A DNA stretch of 32,000 nucleotides. Origin: Candidatus Helarchaeota ASGARD archaeon Hel_GB_B (GTDB taxonomy: Archaea; Asgardarchaeota; Lokiarchaeia; Helarchaeales; HEL-GB-B). The notes under the pieces were generated by a model that worked only from the letters and a program-made list of their open reading frames with translations, did not search any database and was not told the origin of the DNA. Shown here piece after piece: positions 10,618 to 18,901 of this stretch. Position 1 is the first letter of the stretch. Every line of letters begins with the position of its first letter. The position numbers were made by a program, and so were the translations under genes. Location: contig SUPR01000033.1 in NCBI GenBank assembly GCA_005191425.1, positions 1 through 32,000 of the forward strand. Direction: 5' to 3'.

Positions 10618-13600
10618 TTATTCATTTTTAGCTGGGGGTTTAGGGGGCATTACTAATAAATCAATATTACCAGTCCCTAGTGGTATAATCTGGCCAATAA
10701 TTACATTTTCTGTGATACCATTTAATGGGTCAATATCGCCTCTTAAACTTGCGTCTAATAAATGTTTAATAGTAATTTCAAATGAAGCTCTAGCAAGTGC
10801 TGATGCTTTTTTACCACTTATCCCATGACGCCCAATTTGTCTTAGATTTCCAGTGTTTGTCATTATATCAGCAACGAGCATTATATGTCGTATATCAACA
10901 TCGAGTCCTTGTTCATCTAATACACCTAAAGCCTCGTTAATAATAGCATTTCTACATGCTTCTATACCGAGGACTTCATATATTTCTCGTAAATGGTTTG
11001 TAGTAGTCCTAGTATGGTCAACTCCCTTTACTAATAAGACTTCTTTGAGATTAGTACCTTCAGAATGAATAACATATTCATCAATATCTTTTTCTTTACG
11101 AATTATTACTCTTTTTATGCCTTCAATACCTTTTATTGGGAAATCTTGGATATTTTCTTTTTCTTTTTGAAGTTTGTCTAAATCGCCAGCTTTAGGTTTA
11201 TAAATAATTTGATTTCTTGTCTTAAGAATTTTAACCTCGCCTTTTTTCTTCCAGTCCTTGGTTTTAGCCTCGATTATATCATATGTAATTCCTTTGTCCT
11301 CCATCAATGCGGGGTCGAGCTCGATAATAATTTCCATATTTGCGATATCAATGGCGATATGATCAGCAATATTTTCAATCCTTGTCAATTCAATTTTTTG
11401 TGATATTTCTTTTGCTATATCTTTATTTTTTGCAATATTTTTCTCGAGAAATATTTTCATCATTGGAGTGCTGGGTATTCGTCTTGCATCAACAATTTCT
11501 ATTAACCTGGGTAGACCTAAAGTAACATTAAACTCTGCTGCTCCTGCATAATGGAATGTTTTAAGAGTATTATGGGTAATTAATCCTTCAGATATCGTGA
11601 AAGTTTCAAGTCCACCTACTGTAAAATCGTAGACATATTCGGTTGGTGAATCTATTAATTCAATATTTGTAATTTCGTCCCAAATAATGTCACTTTTAAT
11701 AGACTTCTGTAAAACAGAAAGTTCTTCATTTATATCAATGTTTTTCTCCCTTGAAAATACCAAAAGTTTTTCAACTAAATCATTTAATATGGATCTTTTA
11801 ATTATTTGCTTCTCTATAATTCTATTGATATTTTTTCCTAATTCTGAATCATTTGAAATTAGGAGTTTTTCCTTAATAGTTTGAAATATTGGTCCAAACC
11901 CTGTTATAACGTCAAAATCACCATAATTGGACTCAAATTTTTTAATTTTATTGATCAATTTTGAAAATTTCTTTAATTCTTTAGGATTAGATATTTTGGT
12001 ACCAATTTCATTAAGAAAAGATATTATATGCTCTTGGTGAATTAATAGGGTATATTGACCTTTTCTATTCATTTTAAATGAGGGAATACCGATTCTTGAT
12101 AATAATAAACAAAGTTTATCCCTTAATTCTTTAGAGTTAGAACTCAACTCTATTTGACATTTCTTAATATTTATTTTACCTTTAAAATCAAAATAGCTCT
12201 TCAACAAACCCTTGATAAATGTATCGTCAGAATTAATGACCCAATCGGGGATTATTTTATTATTATTCAATTCCCAGTTAATCTCGAAGATTTCAGCCAA
12301 TTTACTTGAAGTAATTATGATTTTCTTTTCTTTTTTATAATAATCTTCTAATTTATAGTTAAGTCCATGTTCTGATATAAACTTAGTAATCATATCGGAA
12401 TTGATTTTATTGTTAATTACAATAGAAATTTTATCGCCAGAATTTTTCCCGTTAGCAAGATAAGCTCCAGTAAAATAGCCAGTCATAAAGTCTAATTCCC
12501 ATTTATTTACATAGGAATTATAGCTATTGGAATCGGAAGTATTATTTAATTGAATATTATTTTTAGTAAATACTTGAGAGCTCCCAAAGTTTGTTGATAC
12601 CGATAGTAATTCTACTTGAAAATTATCTTCATTTATTATCGTTTGATTATTATCCATTATTTTTTCTGAGTTATCAATTCCTATTGATATTTGATTTGAT
12701 ACATTTTTGTTAAAATCAATTACTTTTAGAGGGTTTTGCGCGGGTAATTTTTTGACTAAAGGAATTCTATCACCAATTTTCAAATCTTTACCCTTAATAG
12801 GGATGATATTATTATTTTCTCTAATGACAAATGAATGAGATAAAGTAGAAGAAATAGTCCTACCGCTTTTTGTAGATATTTTGACAAGTTTTCCATTAGG
12901 TAGGTGTCGGCTTACTTGTAACAATAGTTGCCAATGAACATGTTCATCTTTTCCTAATGAAGGTACAAAGATTGTCATATTTTTTGGGATATCACAAATA
13001 GTTGACCCGAAGCTTGTAAAAACATTATCAGAATTGGATAGTCTTGTTATTAATTTATCGACAAATTCTCCAATAGGAGTTATAAGTGCCCTATTTTCTT
13101 GAAGAATAATTACTTTTTCATTTCCAGGAATACTCATTTGAGTGCCGGGTTCACCAATTGATTGTGCTGCCACAGTACCGACTGCTTCTCCCGGGTCTAC
13201 CAATGCTTGTTTATAATAGTTTATGGAAATATCAATTATGTTGTTAAGTATTTTTTCAGTAACTTGAATTTTTTCTAATGCACTAATTAATTTATTTATT
13301 ATAGAGTAAGGAAGCTTATTGGAATCATATTGAAATTTTAACCTAGATGCAATTTCTTCATTTGATAAGACAGGAGTTTCGTCATCTTCAATCTCACTTA
13401 ATACTTTTTCAATGACAATACCAATATTAAAAGCGATGCCATGGTCGCTTTTTGCGGGATCAATTCCATCTTCGCCATATTGAAATTGGATTATGTCTCC
13501 GGCAGCATTTCTTACGGTTCCATCGTATTCTACTTTAATATCTTGAAGCGCATTAATCAATCTTCGTTGCATATAACCGCTTGTACTTGTTCTGACTGCA

Positions 13601-16600
13601 GTATCCACAAGTCCTTCACGACCGCCCATTGCATGGAAGAAAAATTCGATTGGTGTTAAACCGCTATAATAACAATTAACGACAAAACCATGAGCTTTTG
13701 CGCTTAAATCCTCTTTTCTAAAATGAGGTAATGTCCGTTTCTTATAACCCCTCATAATTCTAGCTCCTCTAACAGATTGTTGCCCGACACAAGCAGTCAT
13801 TTGTGCTAAATTTAAAGTATTACCTCTTGCACCAGTTTTTGTCATAATCACAGCATGTTTATCAATTCCCAAATATCGGCCAGCAATATCGCCTGCTTCG
13901 TCTCTTGCTTTTGATAATGTTTCCATTATACGCATTTCAAGAGTGTCCTCTAATGTCCTACCGGGCGCACGTTGTAATTCGCCTTGTCTATATGTTTCAA
14001 TAAAATTGTTTACTTTTTTATCTGCTTCATTTAAATTGTATCTAATTCTATTTTTCGCTTCTTCTTGTATTTCAACATCATCGATCCCCATAGTGAACCC
14101 AATATTTGTGATTATTTCTATAATCATCCTAGCACATGAATCTAAAAATTGTCTGGCCCTTGTATTTCCATAATCTTTGACTATTCTATGTAATAAACTA
14201 TTTGGCTGCCCAGCTCCAAATGCTTTATTATCAATTACACCTGTAAGGAGTCTACCACGTCTAATTAATACATACGCATCATATGGGCACTCAAATTCTT
14301 GGCATACTTTACAATTTTGACATATCTTGGCCCTTAAAGATAAATTAAGATATTTTGGTAGAAGGATTGAGATTATTTGTTTTCCAGTCCAATATTGAGT
14401 TGGATATTTTATTACAGGTTCAGGAATTTCATAATGTTTTTTCTTTTTATCAGTTTGATATCCTGCAGCCATTAATAATTGACAAACAGTTTCTCTATCT
14501 AAAAGGTTGCTTTTTCTTGTTAACAAAAATGCTCCAGAGATATAATCTTGGATACCACCAATAATTGGGCCACCATATCTGGGAGATTCAATCTGTTCTT
14601 GAACTTTCATTAAAACTAAAGCTTCTGACCTTGCTTCTTCACTTTGCGGGACATGTAAGTTCATTTCATCTCCATCAAAATCTGCATTATAAGGTGGACA
14701 ATTTTTAGTTAAAAATTCTGCTGCAATGAAATTGTGATTTTCATCTGTTGTTGTAATATCATAAGCATAAGGAAGTTCAATTTCCTCGATTTTAACTATT
14801 TCGTCCCAAACAAAGCCATTATTCAGACCTTCGGTAGCCTTAATTTTCCAAGTAAAAAAATCAGGGAAATTTTTAAGTATATCAATATTTTTTGATTTAT
14901 CTTCGAATAAATAAGAAACTATACTCCACGAATCTTGACCTATCATTTCAGCAATTTCGTTATAATTAAATCCTTTATTTACTAATTCAACTACTTTTAA
15001 TGCTATCTCGTTAATTTCATTCTTTGTTCTGATTTTTGTTGTTAAATATTCAGTGATATGTCTGGCTAAAATTTCTTTTTCATTTGCGAATTCATATCCA
15101 ATATTATTGAAAAAAGCTAAAAAGTTTTCATCATCTGGTGTCAAATAGCATGAATATATAATTTTTTTAGGGTCATCTTTTTTTGAATTGATAATGACAT
15201 TTGAAATTTTTATATTAAAGATGTTAAGTAATTCTCTTATTCCATCTATGAATGGTTCAGGTGATATACCATCTATTTTTGTTATTTCAAAATATAATCG
15301 ATCGAATTCTTTGTTAGAATCAGAATTTAATTCTGGTAAAGACATTTTAGACCCGAAATATGCCCTTAAAAATGCTCTTTTTGCCATTTTTGGAGCTTGC
15401 ATAATCCATTTAGGTGTTGAATATTCTTGAACTGTTTTATCACCAACAGGCACACCTAAGATATTAAATGCTAATGCTAAAGATTTGTTTCTAATTTCAA
15501 AATAATATGTCTCATTATCTGGATTAACTGTTTTATCGTTAGTAATAAAATCAGATTTAAAGTTAAGTTTATTTATTTGAATAGGAATATCCGTTAAGTT
15601 CAAAGATTTAATAAGATCATGCATTGATTTTATATCATTTTTATTATTAGCCCTAAAAATGATTCTGGCATCATTTTCTGATATGTCTAAAGAGCCATTA
15701 CCAAATAAATGACCGACTAAGCTAGCTAATTTAATTTGCTTATCAGAACCTGCTTTAATATCAATTAAACCGAGTTGTTTTAATTCATTAAATATATAAT
15801 CGAAGTCAAAATTATCAGATAAAGCATTAGATATTTGTTGTTTTGTTAGGATATCTGGACATCCACCAATTTCTGGATATTCAATTGGATAAATAGCTAA
15901 ATAATCGCCTATTTTCAAATCACCACAATTTACTATCCCATTTTTTGAATAAAATGGATGTTCTTGTGTTGCCTCAATAATTCTATTATTTTTAGTAATG
16001 ATTCTAAAAGATTTAAGTCCGAGTTCTTTTGGTTTAATAATGTGAGATTTAGAGATTCCTGAATAGTAAGTTTTTTTATTAGTAGTCCAATTACAAGATA
16101 AGGGACTAAAATTGTTATGATTCTTAACAATTTCTGAGATTTTTACTTTACCAAGATTAGTAAAAAGATAAGTATCACCAGATAGACAGACGCAGAGAGA
16201 TAGTCTAAATGTTTTAAAAGGCATTACGACTACTTCATGTGCCATAATAGATAAACGATGTAAAGAAGGTTGCCTATTAAAAAGTACAATATCTTTATCT
16301 TTAAGATGCCGTTCTACAATGAAACCAGGTTCTAATATATCTGCAACTGCTTCTCTATTTTTTACAAATCTTAGATCAATACGATTACCGTCAGATCTTA
16401 TTACATAATTTGCGCCAGGATGTTTTTCGGGGCCTCTTATAACTATTTCTTTCATTTCTTCAATATTCCACTCAGTAACCCTCTCAGGAATAGTCAAGAC
16501 TTTAGCAATTTCCTCAGGAACTCCGACCTCATTAATACTAAGGTTAGGGTCGGGTGAAATTACAGTCCTTGCTGAGAAATCAACTCGTTTTCCTGATAGA

Positions 16601-17553
16601 TTACTCCTAAACCTTCCTTCTTTACCTTTTAATCTTTGGGATAATGTCCTCAAGGCGCGACCAGAACGGTGGCGAGCTGGAGGAATCCCAGAAACTTCAT
16701 TATCAAAATAAGTGGTAACATGGTATTGAAGTAATTCCCATAAATCTTCTACGATTAATTGAGGAGCTCCAGCATCGATATTTTCTCTTAATCTTTGGTT
16801 TATCCTAATAATATCGACTAATTTATGTGTCATATCATCTTCTGATCGAACTCCAGAGTCAAGAGTTATAGAAGGTCTAACGCAGACTGGAGGTACTGCA
16901 AGTACTGATAAAATCATCCATTCTGGACGAGCAAATTTTGGATTAATCCCGAGTAGTTTACAATCTTCATCTGGAATTCGTTCAAATCGGTCTCGAATAT
17001 CGCTGGGATTTAACCTAATAGTCCCGCTCTCGGTTTTTTCGTAATATGTTGTTGGTTTTTCAATCTTGATCTTAAGTTGTTGTTCATTACAATATGGACA
17101 TTTTTGGGTCTTAATTGCTTCTTTTAAAGCAATTTTAACAATATTTTTGTCCAATTCGCCATATTTACTTTCATAATCATTCATTTTTTGTAAAAGTTCT
17201 TCATAGAGGTCATTATTAAGCATGATTCTGCTACATTGACGACATATTGCTCGTAAAATTTTCTGAATTTTACTGGCGAACCCCACATGGATAACGGGTC
17301 GAGCTAATTCAATATGGCCAAAATGGCCCGTACATTCAGTTGTTCTATTACCACAAGTCCTGCACCTATGGCCAGGTTCAACAGTACCAAGACGTCCGTC
17401 CATTAGACCAGAGTCAATAGGAAGACCATCTTCGTCATAAGTATCGGGTGTAATTATACGGATATGACTAATTTTTCGGATATCTTCGGGCGAAAATAAT
17501 CCGAATTGGATTGATTTGATTTTTTTTAATGAATGGATAGGCATAACATTCAA
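10618..17553 (-). CDS. rpoA: DNA-directed RNA polymerase subunit A, unsplit A'/A'' fusion interrupted by two inteins
   Basis: Zn motifs (RCRTCG, CPYC), FNRQPSLHRLS, CPPYNADFDGDEMN, bridge-helix region (GREGLVDTAVRTSTSGYMQRR) and A''-type GEPGTQM..TLKTFHYAG all lie in one frame. The likely start is ATG 17544, preceded by AGGTTGA. The extein sums to about 1290 aa. Confidence 0.95.
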   Translation of the reverse strand: MNVMPIHSLKKIKSIQFGLFSPEDIRKISHIRIITPDTYDEDGLPIDSGLMDGRLGTVEPGHRCRTCGNRTTECTGHFGHIELARPVIHVGFASKIQKILRAICRQCSRIMLNNDLYEELLQKMNDYESKYGELDKNIVKIALKEAIKTQKCPYCNEQQLKIKIEKPTTYYEKTESGTIRLNPSDIRDRFERIPDEDCKLLGINPKFARPEWMILSVLAVPPVCVRPSITLDSGVRSEDDMTHKLVDIIRINQRLRENIDAGAPQLIVEDLWELLQYHVTTYFDNEVSGIPPARHRSGRALRTLSQRLKGKEGRFRSNLSGKRVDFSARTVISPDPNLSINEVGVPEEIAKVLTIPERVTEWNIEEMKEIVIRGPEKHPGANYVIRSDGNRIDLRFVKNREAVADILEPGFIVERHLKDKDIVLFNRQPSLHRLSIMAHEVVVMPFKTFRLSLCVCLSGDTYLFTNLGKVKISEIVKNHNNFSPLSCNWTTNKKTYYSGISKSHIIKPKELGLKSFRIITKNNRIIEATQEHPFYSKNGIVNCGDLKIGDYLAIYPIEYPEIGGCPDILTKQQISNALSDNFDFDYIFNELKQLGLIDIKAGSDKQIKLASLVGHLFGNGSLDISENDARIIFRANNKNDIKSMHDLIKSLNLTDIPIQINKLNFKSDFITNDKTVNPDNETYYFEIRNKSLALAFNILGVPVGDKTVQEYSTPKWIMQAPKMAKRAFLRAYFGSKMSLPELNSDSNKEFDRLYFEITKIDGISPEPFIDGIRELLNIFNIKISNVIINSKKDDPKKIIYSCYLTPDDENFLAFFNNIGYEFANEKEILARHITEYLTTKIRTKNEINEIALKVVELVNKGFNYNEIAEMIGQDSWSIVSYLFEDKSKNIDILKNFPDFFTWKIKATEGLNNGFVWDEIVKIEEIELPYAYDITTTDENHNFIAAEFLTKNCPPYNADFDGDEMNLHVPQSEEARSEALVLMKVQEQIESPRYGGPIIGGIQDYISGAFLLTRKSNLLDRETVCQLLMAAGYQTDKKKKHYEIPEPVIKYPTQYWTGKQIISILLPKYLNLSLRAKICQNCKVCQEFECPYDAYVLIRRGRLLTGVIDNKAFGAGQPNSLLHRIVKDYGNTRARQFLDSCARMIIEIITNIGFTMGIDDVEIQEEAKNRIRYNLNEADKKVNNFIETYRQGELQRAPGRTLEDTLEMRIMETLSKARDEAGDIAGRYLGIDKHAVIMTKTGARGNTLNLAQMTACVGQQSVRGARIMRGYKKRTLPHFRKEDLSAKAHGFVVNCYYSGLTPIEFFFHAMGGREGLVDTAVRTSTSGYMQRRLINALQDIKVEYDGTVRNAAGDIIQFQYGEDGIDPAKSDHGIAFNIGIVIEKVLSEIEDDETPVLSNEEIASRLKFQYDSNKLPYSIINKLISALEKIQVTEKILNNIIDISINYYKQALVDPGEAVGTVAAQSIGEPGTQMSIPGNEKVIILQENRALITPIGEFVDKLITRLSNSDNVFTSFGSTICDIPKNMTIFVPSLGKDEHVHWQLLLQVSRHLPNGKLVKISTKSGRTISSTLSHSFVIRENNNIIPIKGKDLKIGDRIPLVKKLPAQNPLKVIDFNKNVSNQISIGIDNSEKIMDNNQTIINEDNFQVELLSVSTNFGSSQVFTKNNIQLNNTSDSNSYNSYVNKWELDFMTGYFTGAYLANGKNSGDKISIVINNKINSDMITKFISEHGLNYKLEDYYKKEKKIIITSSKLAEIFEINWELNNNKIIPDWVINSDDTFIKGLLKSYFDFKGKINIKKCQIELSSNSKELRDKLCLLLSRIGIPSFKMNRKGQYTLLIHQEHIISFLNEIGTKISNPKELKKFSKLINKIKKFESNYGDFDVITGFGPIFQTIKEKLLISNDSELGKNINRIIEKQIIKRSILNDLVEKLLVFSREKNIDINEELSVLQKSIKSDIIWDEITNIELIDSPTEYVYDFTVGGLETFTISEGLITHNTLKTFHYAGAAEFNVTLGLPRLIEIVDARRIPSTPMMKIFLEKNIAKNKDIAKEISQKIELTRIENIADHIAIDIANMEIIIELDPALMEDKGITYDIIEAKTKDWKKKGEVKILKTRNQIIYKPKAGDLDKLQKEKENIQDFPIKGIEGIKRVIIRKEKDIDEYVIHSEGTNLKEVLLVKGVDHTRTTTNHLREIYEVLGIEACRNAIINEALGVLDEQGLDVDIRHIMLVADIMTNTGNLRQIGRHGISGKKASALARASFEITIKHLLDASLRGDIDPLNGITENVIIGQIIPLGTGNIDLLVMPPKPPAKNE
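11569..13134 (-). mobile_element. Intein 2 (522 aa) with a LAGLIDADG-type endonuclease domain, in the A'' part of rpoA
   Basis: Junctions are ...SIGEPGTQM|SIPGNEKVII...TISEGLITHN|TLKTFHYAG. Removing it restores GEPGTQMTLKTFHYAG. Block B is STLSHSF and block F/G is YVYDFTVGGLETFTISEGLITHN. DOD-like motifs are YFTGAYLANGKN and FIKGLLKSYFDFKGKI. Confidence 0.9.
14701..16188 (-). mobile_element. Intein 1 (496 aa) with a LAGLIDADG-type endonuclease domain, in the A' part of rpoA
   Basis: Junctions are ...FRLSLCV|CLSGDTYLF...NHNFIAAEFLTKN|CPPYNADFDGD. Removing it restores the conserved RLxLxVCPPYNADFDGD. Block B is ATQEHPF and block F is YDITTTDENHNF. DOD-like motifs are LVGHLFGNGSL and FLRAYFGSKMS. 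Confidence 0.9.
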
Positions 17554-17820
17554 CCTATAGGGTCTTAAAATTTAAAATTTTAACATTTTTTTAATAATTA
17601 ATTAAAGGGATTATAATTTATCATCCATGGTTTATCTTTTAATGAAGGAAATTGATTTATTTCATAATAAAAAGTCGTTATCTGCATTTGTGATTTTCTA
17701 AAAATTAAAAACATAATGCTTTTTAAACATTTTGGTTAAAAGACATTTTCGTTATTTTTTAAAAAAGAAAGATCGGTTCAATAAAGATAAAATTTGAAAA
17801 AGTTAATGCTCCGACCGGGA

Positions 17821-17847
17821 TTTTCGCTCCTATCAACTGAACTGAGT
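17821..17847 (-). other. 27-nt tRNA intron at T-loop position 59/60 with a canonical bulge-helix-bulge motif
   Basis: CCGGG-TTCG-[ATA]-CTC...GAG-CGAA-[AAT]-CCCGG. A 4-bp central helix TTCG/CGAA is flanked by two 3-nt bulges and by the outer helices CCGGG/CCCGG and CTC/GAG. Cleavage after the second bulge nucleotide yields the 7-nt T-loop TTCGATT. Confidence 0.65.
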
Positions 17848-17885
17848 ATCGAACCCGGGGCTATGGGGCGAGAGCCCATAATGTA

Positions 17886-17934
17886 TAGGCACCATGATTT
17901 AATCTTAAGTTATATTTTAGTTGTAAATAAAGAT
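17886..17934 (-). other. Roughly 49-nt insertion (putative intron) in the tRNA D-loop, boundaries uncertain by a few nt
   Basis: 59 nt lie between the D-stem strands GTGT and ACAT. GGCA (17940-17937) pairs with TGCC (17891-17888). An internal AATCTT/AAGATT helix is present. The proposed mature D-loop is AGAGGCAAAT. Confidence 0.45.
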
Positions 17935-17971
17935 TTTGCCTCTACACCATCGGAGCTTATATTAAAAAAAA

Positions 17972-18496
17972 TTATTTTTTACTTTTTGTTGATAACCGTT
18001 TTCCACAACTTGGGCAAGTGCCGTGAATCTTAAGATATTCAAGGAAGTGGTCTTTATGGGCAACTACACCACAAGCAGGACATTTTATCTTGACATCACC
18101 TGGTTTTATTATTCCTTTACAGACTGGACAAACTAATGGAACTTGTGATATTAAAAGTAATCTTTTTTCTGAATTAAACTTGGCACTTTCTAAATTATCT
18201 ATCCCGATGATAAATGGCTTTTGATTTTCTCTAGAATCCAAAAAAATTTCGATCCCCTTTTTTCCATCTCTACGGTCGCCTATCCATTTTACTGTACCTG
18301 AAATTTTTGAAACAGGAGAACCACTTTTAGAGATAGAGATTTCTGCTTTTAAAGGAGAATCAAAAATAAATGTCCTAAGTACTTTTGTTATTTCAAACGC
18401 TTCTTTAGTTCGTTCTGAATTTATAGCATTATTAATAGCCATTACTAATTTTTCTGGACCATTATCAATTAAGTTCTTAACATCAATTTCTACCAA
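17972..18496 (-). CDS. Hypothetical protein with a C-terminal RING-like cross-brace zinc module
   Basis: The C-terminus reads CPVC-x12-CPAC-x4-H-x2-H-x10-CPSC (residues 123-164). No motif recognised in the N-terminal 120 aa. Confidence 0.6.
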   Translation of the reverse strand: MVEIDVKNLIDNGPEKLVMAINNAINSERTKEAFEITKVLRTFIFDSPLKAEISISKSGSPVSKISGTVKWIGDRRDGKKGIEIFLDSRENQKPFIIGIDNLESAKFNSEKRLLLISQVPLVCPVCKGIIKPGDVKIKCPACGVVAHKDHFLEYLKIHGTCPSCGKRLSTKSKK

Positions 18497-18901
18497 TTCT
18501 AAATCTCCATTATTTATTTTACAATTTTGATAAACTTAATATTGATTATCATTTTAATATTTTACTTCTATTTTTTATCATTACTCATTAAAAATTATCA
18601 ATAAATTAATGAAAATATTATTAAAATACATTTTTTACCAGAAATAAAAAAATAAAAAATGTTGATATTATGATCTTTTTCAACAATGTATTAAACTTAA
18701 AAAAAATCTTATAAAAAATTAAGTTAAAATAATCATTCAAAGGTAAGAATAAATAACTATTTTTATTCCAGCACCTTTTAGTTGAGTAATTATAATATTG
18801 GTATATTGGTAATAATTTATTCTCAAAATTTAAAAAATTATAAAACAATAAGGATAATAAGTTATAAATTTAAATTAACTTGGTGTAGAGGAACATTAAA
18901 A

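Larger units (their letters stand above)
17807..17956 (-). tRNA. tRNA-Glu(CUC) gene interrupted in the D-loop and the T-loop; CCA not encoded
   Basis: On the minus strand the acceptor GCTCCGA / TCGGAGC forms 7 Watson-Crick pairs, with discriminator A. The D stem is GTGT/ACAT. The anticodon arm is ATGGG-CTCTCGC-CCCAT, with U33, anticodon CTC at 17872-17870 and G37. The T stem is CCGGG/CCCGG, with loop TTCGAT...T. Removing 49 + 27 nt leaves 74 nt. Confidence 0.75.

Noticed and set aside
10853-16130. Eleven short ORFs inside rpoA: ten antisense on the plus strand and one in an alternative frame on the minus strand (15933-16130)
   Set aside because: All are embedded in a strongly supported CDS and are low-complexity Ile/Phe/Ser/Leu-rich. 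This is typical shadow-ORF behaviour in AT-rich DNA.
17794-18033. 79-aa plus-strand ORF (MKKLMLRPGFSLLSTELSIEPGAMG...)
   Set aside because: It lies antisense over the tRNA-Glu gene and the 3' end of the zinc-finger CDS. Its only G+C-rich part is the tRNA itself, so it is a translation artefact.
18621-18901. 75-aa minus-strand ORF at 18621-18848 and the 40-codon N-terminal extension of pncB from 18782
   Set aside because: Both run through a low-complexity AT-rich spacer. pncB has a better start at TTG 18902, preceded by GAGGA.
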